This document shows, piece by piece, positions 22,721-33,176 of a stretch of DNA of 64,000 nt (its first letter is position 1; every line of letters begins with the position of its first letter). Below the pieces are notes generated by a model. That model had not been told where the DNA came from and did no database searches. It was given only the letters and a program-made list of their open reading frames with translations. Where the stretch lies: assembly GCA_965226885.1 (NCBI GenBank), contig CBDDEL010000016.1, positions 800,001 to 864,000 on the forward strand, in the 5' to 3' direction. Source of the DNA: Opitutales bacterium (GTDB taxonomy: Bacteria; Verrucomicrobiota; Verrucomicrobiia; Opitutales; UBA2987). Position numbers and translations under genes: made by a program.

Positions 22721-23017
22721 ATGGGAAGAAGACGCTTTAGTATAGAGTTCAAAAATGAGGCAGTTCAACTGATGATACTCGATGGTCTGAGCGCCACCGA
22801 GGTATCGACCAAACTTGGGGTCAACACCAACCAATTGTATAGGTGGAAGAGGCTCTATCTGGACGATCAGCAGGGCGAAGCCACCTCAAAGCGACAGAGC
22901 AGTCCGAAGGAGATGGGGGCCGAGATAGATCGTCTTCGCAAAGAGCTGCGCCGCTCGGAGCGGATCAACCAGATACTAAAAAAAACGGTGGGCTACTTTG
23001 CCAAGGACGAACAATGA
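22721..23017 (+). CDS. IS3 transposase OrfA
   Basis: RRRFSIEFKNEAV HTH, coiled coil, ILKKT at the slippery site. Confidence 0.9.
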   Translation: MGRRRFSIEFKNEAVQLMILDGLSATEVSTKLGVNTNQLYRWKRLYLDDQQGEATSKRQSSPKEMGAEIDRLRKELRRSERINQILKKTVGYFAKDEQ

Positions 23018-23931
23018 AGTACCAGTTTGTCAAAGACAACGAGGGGCGCTTCAAGATCGAGGAAATATGCTCGGCGATGGGGATTTGTCGCAGTGGCTAT
23101 TACTGCTGGAGGCACCGAGCGCCCTCGGCCCGGCGGATCGAGGACGAGGGAATCAAGGGGGCGATCCTGAAGGTACACAAAGAGGCCAAGGGCCGCTATG
23201 GGCATCGGCCAATGCACCGCCATCTGAAGGATGATGAGGGCATCGATTGCGGCCGTGACCGGGCTCTGCGTCTGATGCGTGAAATGGGAATCAAAAGCAC
23301 CCAGAGTAAACGCTTTAAGCCATTAAAAACCAACAGTAACCATCCCTATGGTTACAGCCCCAATGTGCTTAAAAAGCATGGCCAGCCGACCCATATCGAC
23401 GAGGTCTGGGTGGCGGACACGACCTACCTACGGACCCTGGCCGGTTGGATGTACTTGGCCACGGTGATGGACCTGTTCAGCCGACGCCTGCTGGGCTGGA
23501 GCGTTTCCAACCACAACGACGCGAAGCTGGTTGGCAAGGCCCTCAAAGCCGCGGCCATGACCCGCGGCACACTGCGCACCGGGATTATTCATCACAGCGA
23601 TCGGGGCAGCCCCTACGCCAGCGACGACTATCAGAGGCTGGTCTCTGAGCTAGGCATGAAGCCGAGCATGAGCGCCCAAGGCAACTGCTACGACAACGCG
23701 GCCATGGAATCGTTCTACGGCCGCTTCAAGACCAGCACGATTCGAGGCCGCCACTTTGCCGACGAGCGCGAACTGCGATCAACTGTCTTCGAATACGTGG
23801 AAATCTTCTACAACCGATATCGCAAACATTCCTCTCTGAGTTACCAAAGCCCAGTCCAATTCGAGGAAAATATTTGCCCCCCATGGGGGGCAACGAGAAA
23901 ACAAAACCCTTTACCAAAACAAGCCGCCTGA
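23014..23931 (+). CDS. IS3 transposase OrfB (rve/DDE)
   Basis: WVADTTY, HHSDRGSPY, GNCYDNAAMESF; ATGA overlap with OrfA. Confidence 0.92.
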   Translation: MKYQFVKDNEGRFKIEEICSAMGICRSGYYCWRHRAPSARRIEDEGIKGAILKVHKEAKGRYGHRPMHRHLKDDEGIDCGRDRALRLMREMGIKSTQSKRFKPLKTNSNHPYGYSPNVLKKHGQPTHIDEVWVADTTYLRTLAGWMYLATVMDLFSRRLLGWSVSNHNDAKLVGKALKAAAMTRGTLRTGIIHHSDRGSPYASDDYQRLVSELGMKPSMSAQGNCYDNAAMESFYGRFKTSTIRGRHFADERELRSTVFEYVEIFYNRYRKHSSLSYQSPVQFEENICPPWGATRKQNPLPKQAA

Positions 23932-24219
23932 CACACTAATCAATAAACAATGAATATAAGAGAATCCCGTGTCCAACAAATCCAGTACACGTCAGGCCCC
24001 ATTAATTTCAGGAGTCATTTTTTTGATTATCTCCTCTATGTATGGCTTTAATTCGGGATCCTTGTGTATGGCTGTTTCAATTATGGATTTCTTAATTGCG
24101 TCTGCAAAAATATCCTTATAAGTACGAGATGAATCGGGTTTAAGATTATAATCTTTTCTTACTTCAAGAAGCCAAGTGTCATAAGACAATAATACTGCCT
24201 CAAATCTACCCTTCTCTAG

Positions 24220-25786
24220 CCCGGATATTTCATGAAGGGTAAAGTTTGGCTCGTTATTGCTATTGGAGATGGATTTCTTTGTATTTTGAGCAGATCGTCT
24301 TGATTTTTAGGTGTTTTTCAGGGTGTAGAGACACTGCCCCCTTTCCCCCATTGGTTCGGTAGTGCCGGGGGCAGCACCAATGCACCCTTTAGGTTGGCAC
24401 CAATCGGCGGGCCGCATGGTTGAAAAGACTGGCCCAAGGATAACTCTCACTTAGGTGAAAGTGAATCGTTCGGGTGTTGCGCACGATGACCGCTCCGATC
24501 TTGATTAATTTGAGCCGCAGGGTGTGGCATTGGGCCCGCGCCCACTTCGTCCCTTTTAAGGCTAACCGGCGCATGGCTTCCATCAAGGTGTAGGCCAGCG
24601 CCGACAAGAGCAATCGCCACTGATTGGCCCACCATTGATGGGCGCTGGTGCGCTCGCTGAACAATTGCATCTGTTCCTTGATTCGGTTCTCCATTTCACC
24701 GCGGCCACAGTATACCTTGTCGTAAAGCTCCTGGGGATCGCCCGGCAGGTTCGTCACCACGAAGCGCGGGTTGGACCCCTGTGCGGTGTGTTCGGCTTTA
24801 TGGATGACCAACCGCAGCCATCGCCACGAATCGGCAGCATAGACGAAGTCCTGGAATAACCGTTGTTTTTTACCCCTTAGTTCGAACCATTCTTTGGCCT
24901 GCTTTTGCAACTGCTGGGCGTCTTGCTGCAAGCGTGCATTGCGAGCCATCCCCACGATGTAACTAACTTCGTTGCGGTCGCACCAAGAGAGTATCCGGTC
25001 TCGACAAAATCCACTGTCGGCGCGCCAAATAATCCGCGTACGGGGCCAGCTTTGGCGAATCCGTTTAACCAGCAATTTGAGGATGGCCCCGGCATGCTTG
25101 CTGGCATCGATCTTGCTCGGCCGCAGGTAGGCCACCAGCAGCTGATCACCGCAAAAAACATATAGCGGCAGAAAACAGTAATGATCATAATAACCGTGGA
25201 AAAAACGTCCCTCCTGGAGCCCGTGCACCGGATTGTCGGTGGCGTCAAAGTCCAGGATGATCTCTTCGGGTTCCTCGGCAAAGGAGCCCATGAACTGTTC
25301 GACCAACAGCTCGTTTACCGCAAAGGCCGCCCGCCGATCCTGCCCGTTTTCAAAACGACACAAAGTCGGCGCGCTGGCCAACGTTTCAATGCGCCCCGTT
25401 ACCGTTTGCAACAATGGATCGTGGCGCAGGGTATCAAAGTCGTTCAAATCCTCATAGCCCGCCACCAGCCCGTAAACGCGCTGCCGCAGCATCCCCAATA
25501 CCTCATGGCGTACTTTGCCCTTCTGCCGTTTGTCCACTAACTGTCGGGCCGCTCGTTCGGTCAAGCCCAACTGCCGATCCACTTCCCGGATCAAAAGCAG
25601 TCCGGCATCCGAAGTAACCTCTCCGCCCTTGAAATCAACCCGCACACGGCGGCCTTTTACCCTTGTCAACTGTAGCTTTAATTGTTTACCTTTTGTCATC
25701 GCTGATATTGCTTTAATTATTGATCTATCCTGCTGTATATCAGCAGTTAAGCATATCAACGATACTTTTTTTACGAAATATCCGGG
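24220..25786 (-). mobile_element. IS1380-family element (1567 bp), left member of tandem dimer 1
   Basis: IRs CCCGGATATTTC; CTAG on the left, CTAA spacer on the right. Confidence 0.95.
24389..25759 (-). CDS. IS1380-family transposase (DDE_Tnp_1_4)
   Basis: TSDAGLLL, GYEDLND, LDFDATD, RADSGF, RGEMENRIKE. Confidence 0.95.
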   Translation of the reverse strand: MICLTADIQQDRSIIKAISAMTKGKQLKLQLTRVKGRRVRVDFKGGEVTSDAGLLLIREVDRQLGLTERAARQLVDKRQKGKVRHEVLGMLRQRVYGLVAGYEDLNDFDTLRHDPLLQTVTGRIETLASAPTLCRFENGQDRRAAFAVNELLVEQFMGSFAEEPEEIILDFDATDNPVHGLQEGRFFHGYYDHYCFLPLYVFCGDQLLVAYLRPSKIDASKHAGAILKLLVKRIRQSWPRTRIIWRADSGFCRDRILSWCDRNEVSYIVGMARNARLQQDAQQLQKQAKEWFELRGKKQRLFQDFVYAADSWRWLRLVIHKAEHTAQGSNPRFVVTNLPGDPQELYDKVYCGRGEMENRIKEQMQLFSERTSAHQWWANQWRLLLSALAYTLMEAMRRLALKGTKWARAQCHTLRLKLIKIGAVIVRNTRTIHFHLSESYPWASLFNHAARRLVPT

Positions 25787-25790
25787 CTAA

Positions 25791-27358
25791 CCCGGATATT
25801 TCATGAAGGGTAAAGTTTGGCTCGTTATTGCTATTGGAGATGGATTTCTTTGTATTTTGAGCAGATCGTCTTGATTTTTAGGTGTTTTTCAGGGTGTAGA
25901 GACACTGCCCCCTTTCCCCCATTGGTTCGGTAGTGCCGGGGGCAGCACCAATGCACCCTTTAGGTTGGCACCAATCGGCGGGCCGCATGGTTGAAAAGAC
26001 TGGCCCAAGGATAACTCTCACTTAGGTGAAAGTGAATCGTTCGGGTGTTGCGCACGATGACCGCTCCGATCTTGATTAATTTGAGCCGCAGGGTGTGGCA
26101 TTGGGCCCGCGCCCACTTCGTCCCTTTTAAGGCTAACCGGCGCATGGCTTCCATCAAGGTGTAGGCCAGCGCCGACAAGAGCAATCGCCACTGATTGGCC
26201 CACCATTGATGGGCGCTGGTGCGCTCGCTGAACAATTGCATCTGTTCCTTGATTCGGTTCTCCATTTCACCGCGGCCACAGTATACCTTGTCGTAAAGCT
26301 CCTGGGGATCGCCCGGCAGGTTCGTCACCACGAAGCGCGGGTTGGACCCCTGTGCGGTGTGTTCGGCTTTATGGATGACCAACCGCAGCCATCGCCACGA
26401 ATCGGCAGCATAGACGAAGTCCTGGAATAACCGTTGTTTTTTACCCCTTAGTTCGAACCATTCTTTGGCCTGCTTTTGCAACTGCTGGGCGTCTTGCTGC
26501 AAGCGTGCATTGCGAGCCATCCCCACGATGTAACTAACTTCGTTGCGGTCGCACCAAGAGAGTATCCGGTCTCGACAAAATCCACTGTCGGCGCGCCAAA
26601 TAATCCGCGTACGGGGCCAGCTTTGGCGCATCCGTTTAACCAGCAATTTGAGGATGGCCCCGGCATGCTTGCTGGCATCGATCTTGCTCGGCCGCAGGTA
26701 GGCCACCAGCAGCTGATCACCGCAAAAAACATATAGCGGCAGAAAACAGTAATGATCATAATAACCGTGGAAAAAACGTCCCTCCTGGAGCCCGTGCACC
26801 GGATTGTCGGTGGCGTCAAAGTCCAGGATGATCTCTTCGGGTTCCTCGGCAAAGGAGCCCATGAACTGTTCGACCAACAGCTCGTTTACCGCAAAGGCCG
26901 CCCGCCGATCCTGCCCGTTTTCAAAACGACACAAAGTCGGCGCGCTGGCCAACGTTTCAATGCGCCCCGTTACCGTTTGCTAACAATGGATCGTGGCGCA
27001 GGGTATCAAAGTCGTTCAAATCCTCATAGCCCGCCACCAGCCCGTAAACGCGCTGCCGCAGCATCCCCAATACCTCATGGCGTACTTTGCCCTTCTGCCG
27101 TTTGTCCACTAACTGTCGGGCCGCTCGTTCGGTCAAGCCCAACTGCCGATCCACTTCCCGGATCAAAAGCAGTCCGGCATCCGAAGTAACCTCTCCGCCC
27201 TTGAAATCAACCCGCACACGGCGGCCTTTTACCCTTGTCAACTGTAGCTTTAATTGTTTACCTTTTGTCATCGCTGATATTGCTTTAATTATTGATCTAT
27301 CCTGCTGTATATCAGCAGTTAAGCATATCAACGATACTTTTTTTACGAAATATCCGGG
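25791..27358 (-). mobile_element. IS1380-family element, right member of dimer 1; transposase frameshifted by a 1-bp insertion at ~26981
   Basis: 1568 bp; TTTGCTAACAAT versus TTTGCAACAAT in intact copies; CTAG on the right. Confidence 0.93.
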
Positions 27359-27527
27359 CTAGGGCCGCAGAAAAAACCGCCGCTAGGTAGAGAGTGAGGC
27401 CGGGGATTGACGCCATCCTTCTACCTTTAATTCGCGGATGATTTTTATGTTCCGAGAATTCTGACCATGACTTTGTCGTGTAGGATTTGCCCCAAAGGTC
27501 TTTTGGCTTCCTATCCTTTTTCATGAT

Positions 27528-28832
27528 TGACGTGTACTGGATTTGTTGGACACGGGATTCTCTTATATTCATTGTTTATTGATTAGTGTGTCAGGCGGCT
27601 TGTTTTGGTAAAGGGTTTTGTTTTCTCGTTGCCCCCCATGGGGGGCAAATATTTTCCTCGAATTGGACTGGGCTTTGGTAACTCAGAGAGGAATGTTTGC
27701 GATATCGGTTGTAGAAGATTTCCACGTATTCGAAGACAGTTGATCGCAGTTCGCGCTCGTCGGCAAAGTGGCGGCCTCGAATCGTGCTGGTCTTGAAGCG
27801 GCCGTAGAACGATTCCATGGCCGCGTTGTCGTAGCAGTTGCCTTGGGCGCTCATGCTCGGCTTCATGCCTAGTTCAGAGACCAGCCTCTGATAGTCGTCG
27901 CTGGCGTAGGGGCTGCCCCGATCGCTGTGATGAATAATCCCGGTGCGCAGTGTGCCGCGGGTCATGGCCGCGGCTTTGAGGGCCTTGCCAACCAGCTTCG
28001 CGTCGTTGTGGTTGGAAACGCTCCAGCCCAGCAGGCGTCGGCTGAACAGGTCCATCACCGTGGCCAAGTACATCCAACCGGCCAGGGTCCGTAGGTAGGT
28101 CGTGTCCGCCACCCAGACCTCGTCGATATGGGTCGGCTGGCCATGCTTTTTAAGCACATTGGGGCTGTAACCATAGGGATGGTTACTGTTGGTTTTTAAT
28201 GGCTTAAAGCGTTTACTCTGGGTGCTTTTGATTCCCATTTCACGCATCAGACGCAGAGCCCGGTCACGGCCGCAATCGATGCCCTCATCATCCTTCAGAT
28301 GGCGGTGCATTGGCCTCTTTGTGTACCTTCAGGATCGCCCCCTTGATTCCCTCGTCCTCGATCCGCCGGGCCGAGGGCGCTCGGTGCCTCCAGCAGTAAT
28401 AGCCACTGCGACAAATCCCCATCGCCGAGCATATTTCCTCGATCTTGAAGCGCCCCTCGTTGTCTTTGACAAACTGGTACTTCATTGTTCGTCCTTGGCA
28501 AAGTAGCCCACCGTTTTTTTTAGTATCTGGTTGATCCGCTCCGAGCGGCGCAGCTCTCTGCGAAGACGATCTATCTCGGCCGCCATCTCCTTCGGACTGC
28601 TCTGTCGCTTTGAGGTGGCTTCGCCCTGCTGATCGTCCAGATAGAGCCTCTTCCACCTATACAATTGGTTGGTGTTGACCCCAAGTTTGGTCGATACCTC
28701 GGTGGCGCTCAGACCATCGAGTATCATCAGTTGAACTGCCTCATTTTTGAACTCTATACTAAAGCGTCTTCTTCCCATGCTTCGATTCTCCATTTAGGAG
28801 AATCTCGTGTCCACTTTTTCCAGTGCACATCA
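27528..28832 (-). mobile_element. IS3-family element A, inverted; OrfB frameshifted by a 23-bp deletion
   Basis: 1305 bp; deletion between two GGCCAA hexamers (junction 28310-28315). Confidence 0.93.
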
Positions 28833-28953
28833 CCCGGCCGTTACCAGTCCCTTACCCGGCATGAAAAGCCCGGACCAGGCCCGCCGGAACGCCGCCGCGG
28901 CCGACGGTGATCTCAGCGAAGAAGACCTGAGCTTCCTCGATAAAATTTCCTGA
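28833..28953 (+). pseudogene. 3' remnant of an aldo/keto reductase truncated by IS3
   Basis: Reads PAVTSPLPGMKSPDQARRNAAAADGDLSEEDLSFLDKIS*, typical of an AKR C-terminus. Confidence 0.7.
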
Positions 28954-29071
28954 TCCTTTCACTCGTTCCATAAAATTATCTTCACTTTCTCCGGCGGGAT
29001 GGCCATATTGCAAAATCCAATTCGGTAAGGACCGAGTTAATCGACCAATAAAATACGGAGGAAAAACAAAC

Positions 29072-29803
29072 GTGATAAACTTGAAAAAACGTCTGGCCGA
29101 TGGCGATTCGCTGATCGGCGCCATTGTCAGCCTGGAGGGTGCAGATCGAATGCAATTGGAGCGGATTCTGGAAAAAAATCCCTATGATTTCTTCATGGCG
29201 GACAGCCAGCACAGCCAGTTTACCGAGCCGGATTTGGTATCTCTATGCCAATCAGCTACCGATTTATCCATACCGGTGGTCTTCCGCATCATGGACACGA
29301 AGCAAATTTATCTGATCGGCAAATACCTCGACCTCGGAGCCGTCGGAATCGAAGTGCCCCAGGTCAACACGCCCGATGTAGCGGCCGAAGCGGTTAAAAA
29401 ATTTTACTACCCTCCCCTCGGAATCCGCAGCATGGGTGGCAATTATCGCTCCCGGCTCGGCCATGAGGACCAGGACGTGAACGACAATCTTGCCTATCCG
29501 GATTTATGGAACCAATGCGGGATTCTCTGGCTCCAGGTAGAATCCGTGCAGGCCGTCATGGTGGCTCAATCCCTGGCCCGGCAGGGTGTCGATTGCCTCT
29601 CCTTCGGGCCCGCTGACCTGACGCACGACATGCGTTTCAATCCCCACCCTCAATTGAAAACCCTGGACGACTGCGTCCAACACGTGGTCAAAGAACTGGA
29701 AAATACCGGCGCCGTCGTCTGCCACCGCCACGGCAAACCGGAAAACCGCCAAAAATACCTCGACATGGGAGTCCGCCTCCTCCTCGAAAAACCACCCGCA
29801 TAA
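29072..29803 (+). CDS. HpcH/HpaI aldolase/citrate lyase-family protein
   Basis: YDFFMADSQHS, LDLGAVGIEVPQV, YPPLGIRS, QVES, FGPADL. Confidence 0.85.
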   Translation: MINLKKRLADGDSLIGAIVSLEGADRMQLERILEKNPYDFFMADSQHSQFTEPDLVSLCQSATDLSIPVVFRIMDTKQIYLIGKYLDLGAVGIEVPQVNTPDVAAEAVKKFYYPPLGIRSMGGNYRSRLGHEDQDVNDNLAYPDLWNQCGILWLQVESVQAVMVAQSLARQGVDCLSFGPADLTHDMRFNPHPQLKTLDDCVQHVVKELENTGAVVCHRHGKPENRQKYLDMGVRLLLEKPPA

Positions 29804-29868
29804 ATGAGTTTTTTAATGGAGTAATCGAGCCCTCTTATTGCTTAAAAGGCCAAGGGCCAAGTGCCCAT

Positions 29869-32800
29869 TCAACCATCGGGGAGTCGTTGTGATTGCAGGC
29901 TGGGGGTTGCCGTAGAGGGCGATGGAGCGCCGAGGGGTTCTACAATGGTTTCGGGTTTGTGGAGAATTTTTTCCCGCAGGTCGCTTAATAGAGTATAGAT
30001 AACGGGGATCACAAAGAGCGTTAAAAGAGTGCTCGTGGTGAGCCCCCCCACGGCTACCACGCCGAGCGGACGGCGGCTCTCTGCCCCCGCTCCGAAACCG
30101 ATGGCGATGGGCATGATGCCCGCAATGGTGGAAAAGCTGGTCATCAGAATAGGCCGCAGGCGAATGCGTCCGGCGGCGACGATGGCGGCATACGTATCCA
30201 GGCCCTTGGCTCGCTGCTGGTTGGCGAACTCAACCAGGAGAATGGCGTTTTTGGTGGCCAAAGCGATAAGCAGGACGAAGCCGATCTGGCTGAAAAGATT
30301 CATGTTCATGGCCGGTATGCGCGGAACCCAGGGAGAGAGGGTTTTAACCCAATCGGGCGCATCGGGCGCGAAATTAGCCCACCCGTAAAGCATATTGCCC
30401 AACACATCCACCTGCCCCATCAGCCAGAGACCGCCAAAGGCTCCTATAGAGGCCAGGGGAATCGTCAACATAACCGTAAAAGGATGGATGAGGCTCTCGA
30501 ACTGCGAGGCCAGGACCATAAAAACCACCAACATGGCTATGCCGATGATAAAGAAAATGTCTTTCCCGGTATCGCGGAGCTGGCGGCCCTGCCCTCCCCA
30601 CTCGTAACGAATCCCGGCCGGCATGTCCTCCGCCAGAATGGCTTCCGCCCGCTCCATGGCGGTGCCCAGGGGCATGTTCAGGGGCGTTCCTTCGAGGGTG
30701 ATGGAACGGTAGCGGTTGTAATGGTAAATGGCGTTGGGGCCGCCGTTGGGCACGAGTTGGACCACATTGCTCAACTGGGTCAACCGGCCCGAATTGTTCC
30801 GCACATAAAGTCGCTCTATATCGCTGGGGGTGAGTCGGGAATCGCGTTCCAGCTGCACTATGACGTCGTACTCCTTGCCCCCGCGTTTGATTTTGCTCAA
30901 ATCCAGTCCGCCAAAAAGTATCTGCAAGGTTTGCGAAAGCTCCTCGATGGATACGCCCAAGACGGCGGCGCGGTCGCGGTCGATTTGCACGAACAACTCC
31001 GGTTTGTTGAGCTGAAAATTGGGCCGCAGGTTGGCCAGAAAACCTTCGCCTCTCAAACGGTTGGTCAACTCGCCCGCGAACTCGTTCAATTCATCGAGAT
31101 CGTGATGCTGCAGGACCAGTTGAAAGGGCTGCCCAAAACCACCGCTGATAGCCTTGGGAATGTTGGGAAAAGCGATGGCCCCCTCGATCTCCGCGAAAAA
31201 CCGCGCCCCCAGCCCGTTGGGACCGTTCACGATGTCCTGCACCGAGCGGTCGCGCTCATCCTTGAACCGGGCAAACATGACCCCTAAATTGGATTCACCG
31301 GGACCGTTGAAAGGCAAAGCCACAGCCGTGAAATAACCATCCACCTCGGGTATCTCGGACATGATTTCCTCCATCTTCCGCACCATCCGGTCGGTGTATT
31401 CGCTGGTCGATCCTTCGGGCGCAATGGCCATGCAAAATAGGCTTCCTTTATCCTCCTCGGGCAAAAAATCGCGCTCCAGCTGAGTGTAAATGTAATAACT
31501 CGCAATGACCGTCAAAAAGCTGAATACGACCACACTTGGACGATGGCGCAGAGCGAAGCGAAGGAGCTTGAGGTAGGTGCGCGTTATCCAGTCGAGGCAG
31601 TCCTCGAAAAAGAGAAAGATTCGGCCGTGTTTTTCCTTTCTAACCGGCCTCAGAAGGCGGGAGGAAATCATGGGGGTGAGCGACAGGGCAATAAACGAAG
31701 AAATCACCACCGACCCGGCCAAAGCGATGGCGAACTCGATAAAAAGCCTCCCCGTCAGACTGGTTTGCAGGGCCATGGGCAGGAAAACGGCGACCAGGGC
31801 CAGGGTTGTGGCAATGACCGCGAAAACGATCTCTTTCATTCCCTGAAAGGCGGCCTCCATCGGTTTCATGCCCTCCTCGATATGGCGGTAGATATTTTCC
31901 AGCACCACAATCGAATCGTCCACCACCACCCCGATGGTCAATATAAGGGCCATCATGGTGACGATATTGATAGAAAAACCGAGCAGCGAAAGCAGAGCAA
32001 AAGTCCCGATGATGGCCACCGGTATACTGATGACCGGTATGATCGTTGAACGGACATTGCGCAGAAAGATGAATATGGTGATGATGACCAGAATAAAAGC
32101 CACCCCGAGTGTTATCCAGACCTCCCGGATGGCCCGCTCCACATATATGCTTTCGTCATAGGCGATGAAATACTCGAAACCCTCCGGCATGGTTGCGGAT
32201 AAACGCTCCATCTCCTCTTTAATGCCTTTGGCCACCTGGATGGTGTTGGATTTCGACTGCTTGATGACACCCAACCCGATGGCCGGTTTGGAAGTGTAAC
32301 GGGCCACCGTGCGCTCGTCTTCAACCCCTTTTTCCGCTCTTCCGATATCGTGCAGTCGAATGAGGTTGGCCCCCTCCTCGCGAATCACCAGGCGGTTGAA
32401 TTCCTCCTCCGTTTTCAGTTCGCCCTTGGTCTGGATGGCTAATTCCCGCAGCCGGTTTTCCACCCGGCCACTGGGCAATTCGATGTTCTGCCGCCGCAAC
32501 GCATCCTGCACATCCAGTACGGTGACCCCGCGGGCCGCCATTTTCTCCGAATCGAGCCAAAGCCGCATGGCAAAACGTTTGCTCCCGCCAAGAATGACAT
32601 TGCTTACCCCCCGCACGGTCTGCAAGGGGTCCTTGATATTGTCCTCGGCATACTGAGAAAGCTCCATCGTAGTGCGGTTTGCGCTGTAAATGGCCACCCA
32701 CATGAAGGGCCTGGCATCTCCATCCTGCTTGGCCACAACCGGCTCCAGAACTTCCTCCGGCAGTATCCCCCGGATACGGGCCACGCGGTCGCGCACATCC

Positions 32801-33117
32801 TGGGCAGCCAGCTCGATTTCGCGCGATAGGTGAAACTCTATCGTAATGCTGCTAACCTGTTCCCGGCTTTGCGAAGACATGATTTTGATGCCCTCGACGG
32901 TGTTGATAACTTCCTCCAGCCTTTCCGTTATTTCAGTCTCGACGACCTCGGCGCTGGCTCCCGGATAAACCGTCAGGACGTTGACGATGGGAGGATCGAC
33001 ATCGGGCAGTTCCCGCACCGGCAGCCGACTCAGGCCAATCAAGCCGAACAGTATCAAAGCCAGGCTCATCATGGAGGCAAAGACGGGCCGTTTGATGCAA
33101 ATTTCCGGCAGATTCAT
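29869..33117 (-). CDS. RND efflux transporter permease subunit (AcrB/AcrD/AcrF family)
   Basis: 1082 aa; IKRPVFA, PGASAEVVE, IGVVVDDSIVVLENI, KNAILLVEFA, RLRPILMT. Confidence 0.95.
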   Translation of the reverse strand: MNLPEICIKRPVFASMMSLALILFGLIGLSRLPVRELPDVDPPIVNVLTVYPGASAEVVETEITERLEEVINTVEGIKIMSSQSREQVSSITIEFHLSREIELAAQDVRDRVARIRGILPEEVLEPVVAKQDGDARPFMWVAIYSANRTTMELSQYAEDNIKDPLQTVRGVSNVILGGSKRFAMRLWLDSEKMAARGVTVLDVQDALRRQNIELPSGRVENRLRELAIQTKGELKTEEEFNRLVIREEGANLIRLHDIGRAEKGVEDERTVARYTSKPAIGLGVIKQSKSNTIQVAKGIKEEMERLSATMPEGFEYFIAYDESIYVERAIREVWITLGVAFILVIITIFIFLRNVRSTIIPVISIPVAIIGTFALLSLLGFSINIVTMMALILTIGVVVDDSIVVLENIYRHIEEGMKPMEAAFQGMKEIVFAVIATTLALVAVFLPMALQTSLTGRLFIEFAIALAGSVVISSFIALSLTPMISSRLLRPVRKEKHGRIFLFFEDCLDWITRTYLKLLRFALRHRPSVVVFSFLTVIASYYIYTQLERDFLPEEDKGSLFCMAIAPEGSTSEYTDRMVRKMEEIMSEIPEVDGYFTAVALPFNGPGESNLGVMFARFKDERDRSVQDIVNGPNGLGARFFAEIEGAIAFPNIPKAISGGFGQPFQLVLQHHDLDELNEFAGELTNRLRGEGFLANLRPNFQLNKPELFVQIDRDRAAVLGVSIEELSQTLQILFGGLDLSKIKRGGKEYDVIVQLERDSRLTPSDIERLYVRNNSGRLTQLSNVVQLVPNGGPNAIYHYNRYRSITLEGTPLNMPLGTAMERAEAILAEDMPAGIRYEWGGQGRQLRDTGKDIFFIIGIAMLVVFMVLASQFESLIHPFTVMLTIPLASIGAFGGLWLMGQVDVLGNMLYGWANFAPDAPDWVKTLSPWVPRIPAMNMNLFSQIGFVLLIALATKNAILLVEFANQQRAKGLDTYAAIVAAGRIRLRPILMTSFSTIAGIMPIAIGFGAGAESRRPLGVVAVGGLTTSTLLTLFVIPVIYTLLSDLREKILHKPETIVEPLGAPSPSTATPSLQSQRLPDG

Positions 33118-33176
33118 AAAAAAATTCGGTAGAAATTATTTAAGAACGAAATCAATTTAGAGATGGGATAATTTTC

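Larger units (their letters stand above)
22667..23994 (+). mobile_element. IS3-family element A (1328 bp), complete, no matching TSD
   Basis: IRL TGATGTGCACTGGAAAAAGTGGACACGAGATTCTC, IRR revcomp TGACGTGTACTGGATTTGTTGGACACGGGATTCTC; A8C slippery site at 22978-22986. Confidence 0.95.
23995..27524 (-). pseudogene. Hypothetical protein fragment split by the IS1380 dimer and bounded by two IS3 copies
   Basis: Removing 24220-27362 joins MKKDRKPKDLW...AVFSAAL to EKGRFEAVLLSYDTWLLEV...INGA in one frame. Confidence 0.65.

Noticed and set aside
22843..23013. 362-aa IS3 ORF starting MEEALSG
   Set aside because: This is the open -1 frame overlapping OrfA; real products are OrfA, OrfB and the A8C-frameshift fusion, standard for IS3.
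23876..23891. GCCCCCCATGGGGGGC palindrome as a terminator or REP
   Set aside because: It lies inside IS3 OrfB and recurs only as part of that IS.
22667..28832. Composite transposon formed by the inverted IS3 pair
   Set aside because: Outer flanks (TAT / CCC) show no target duplication and no intact cargo gene is enclosed.
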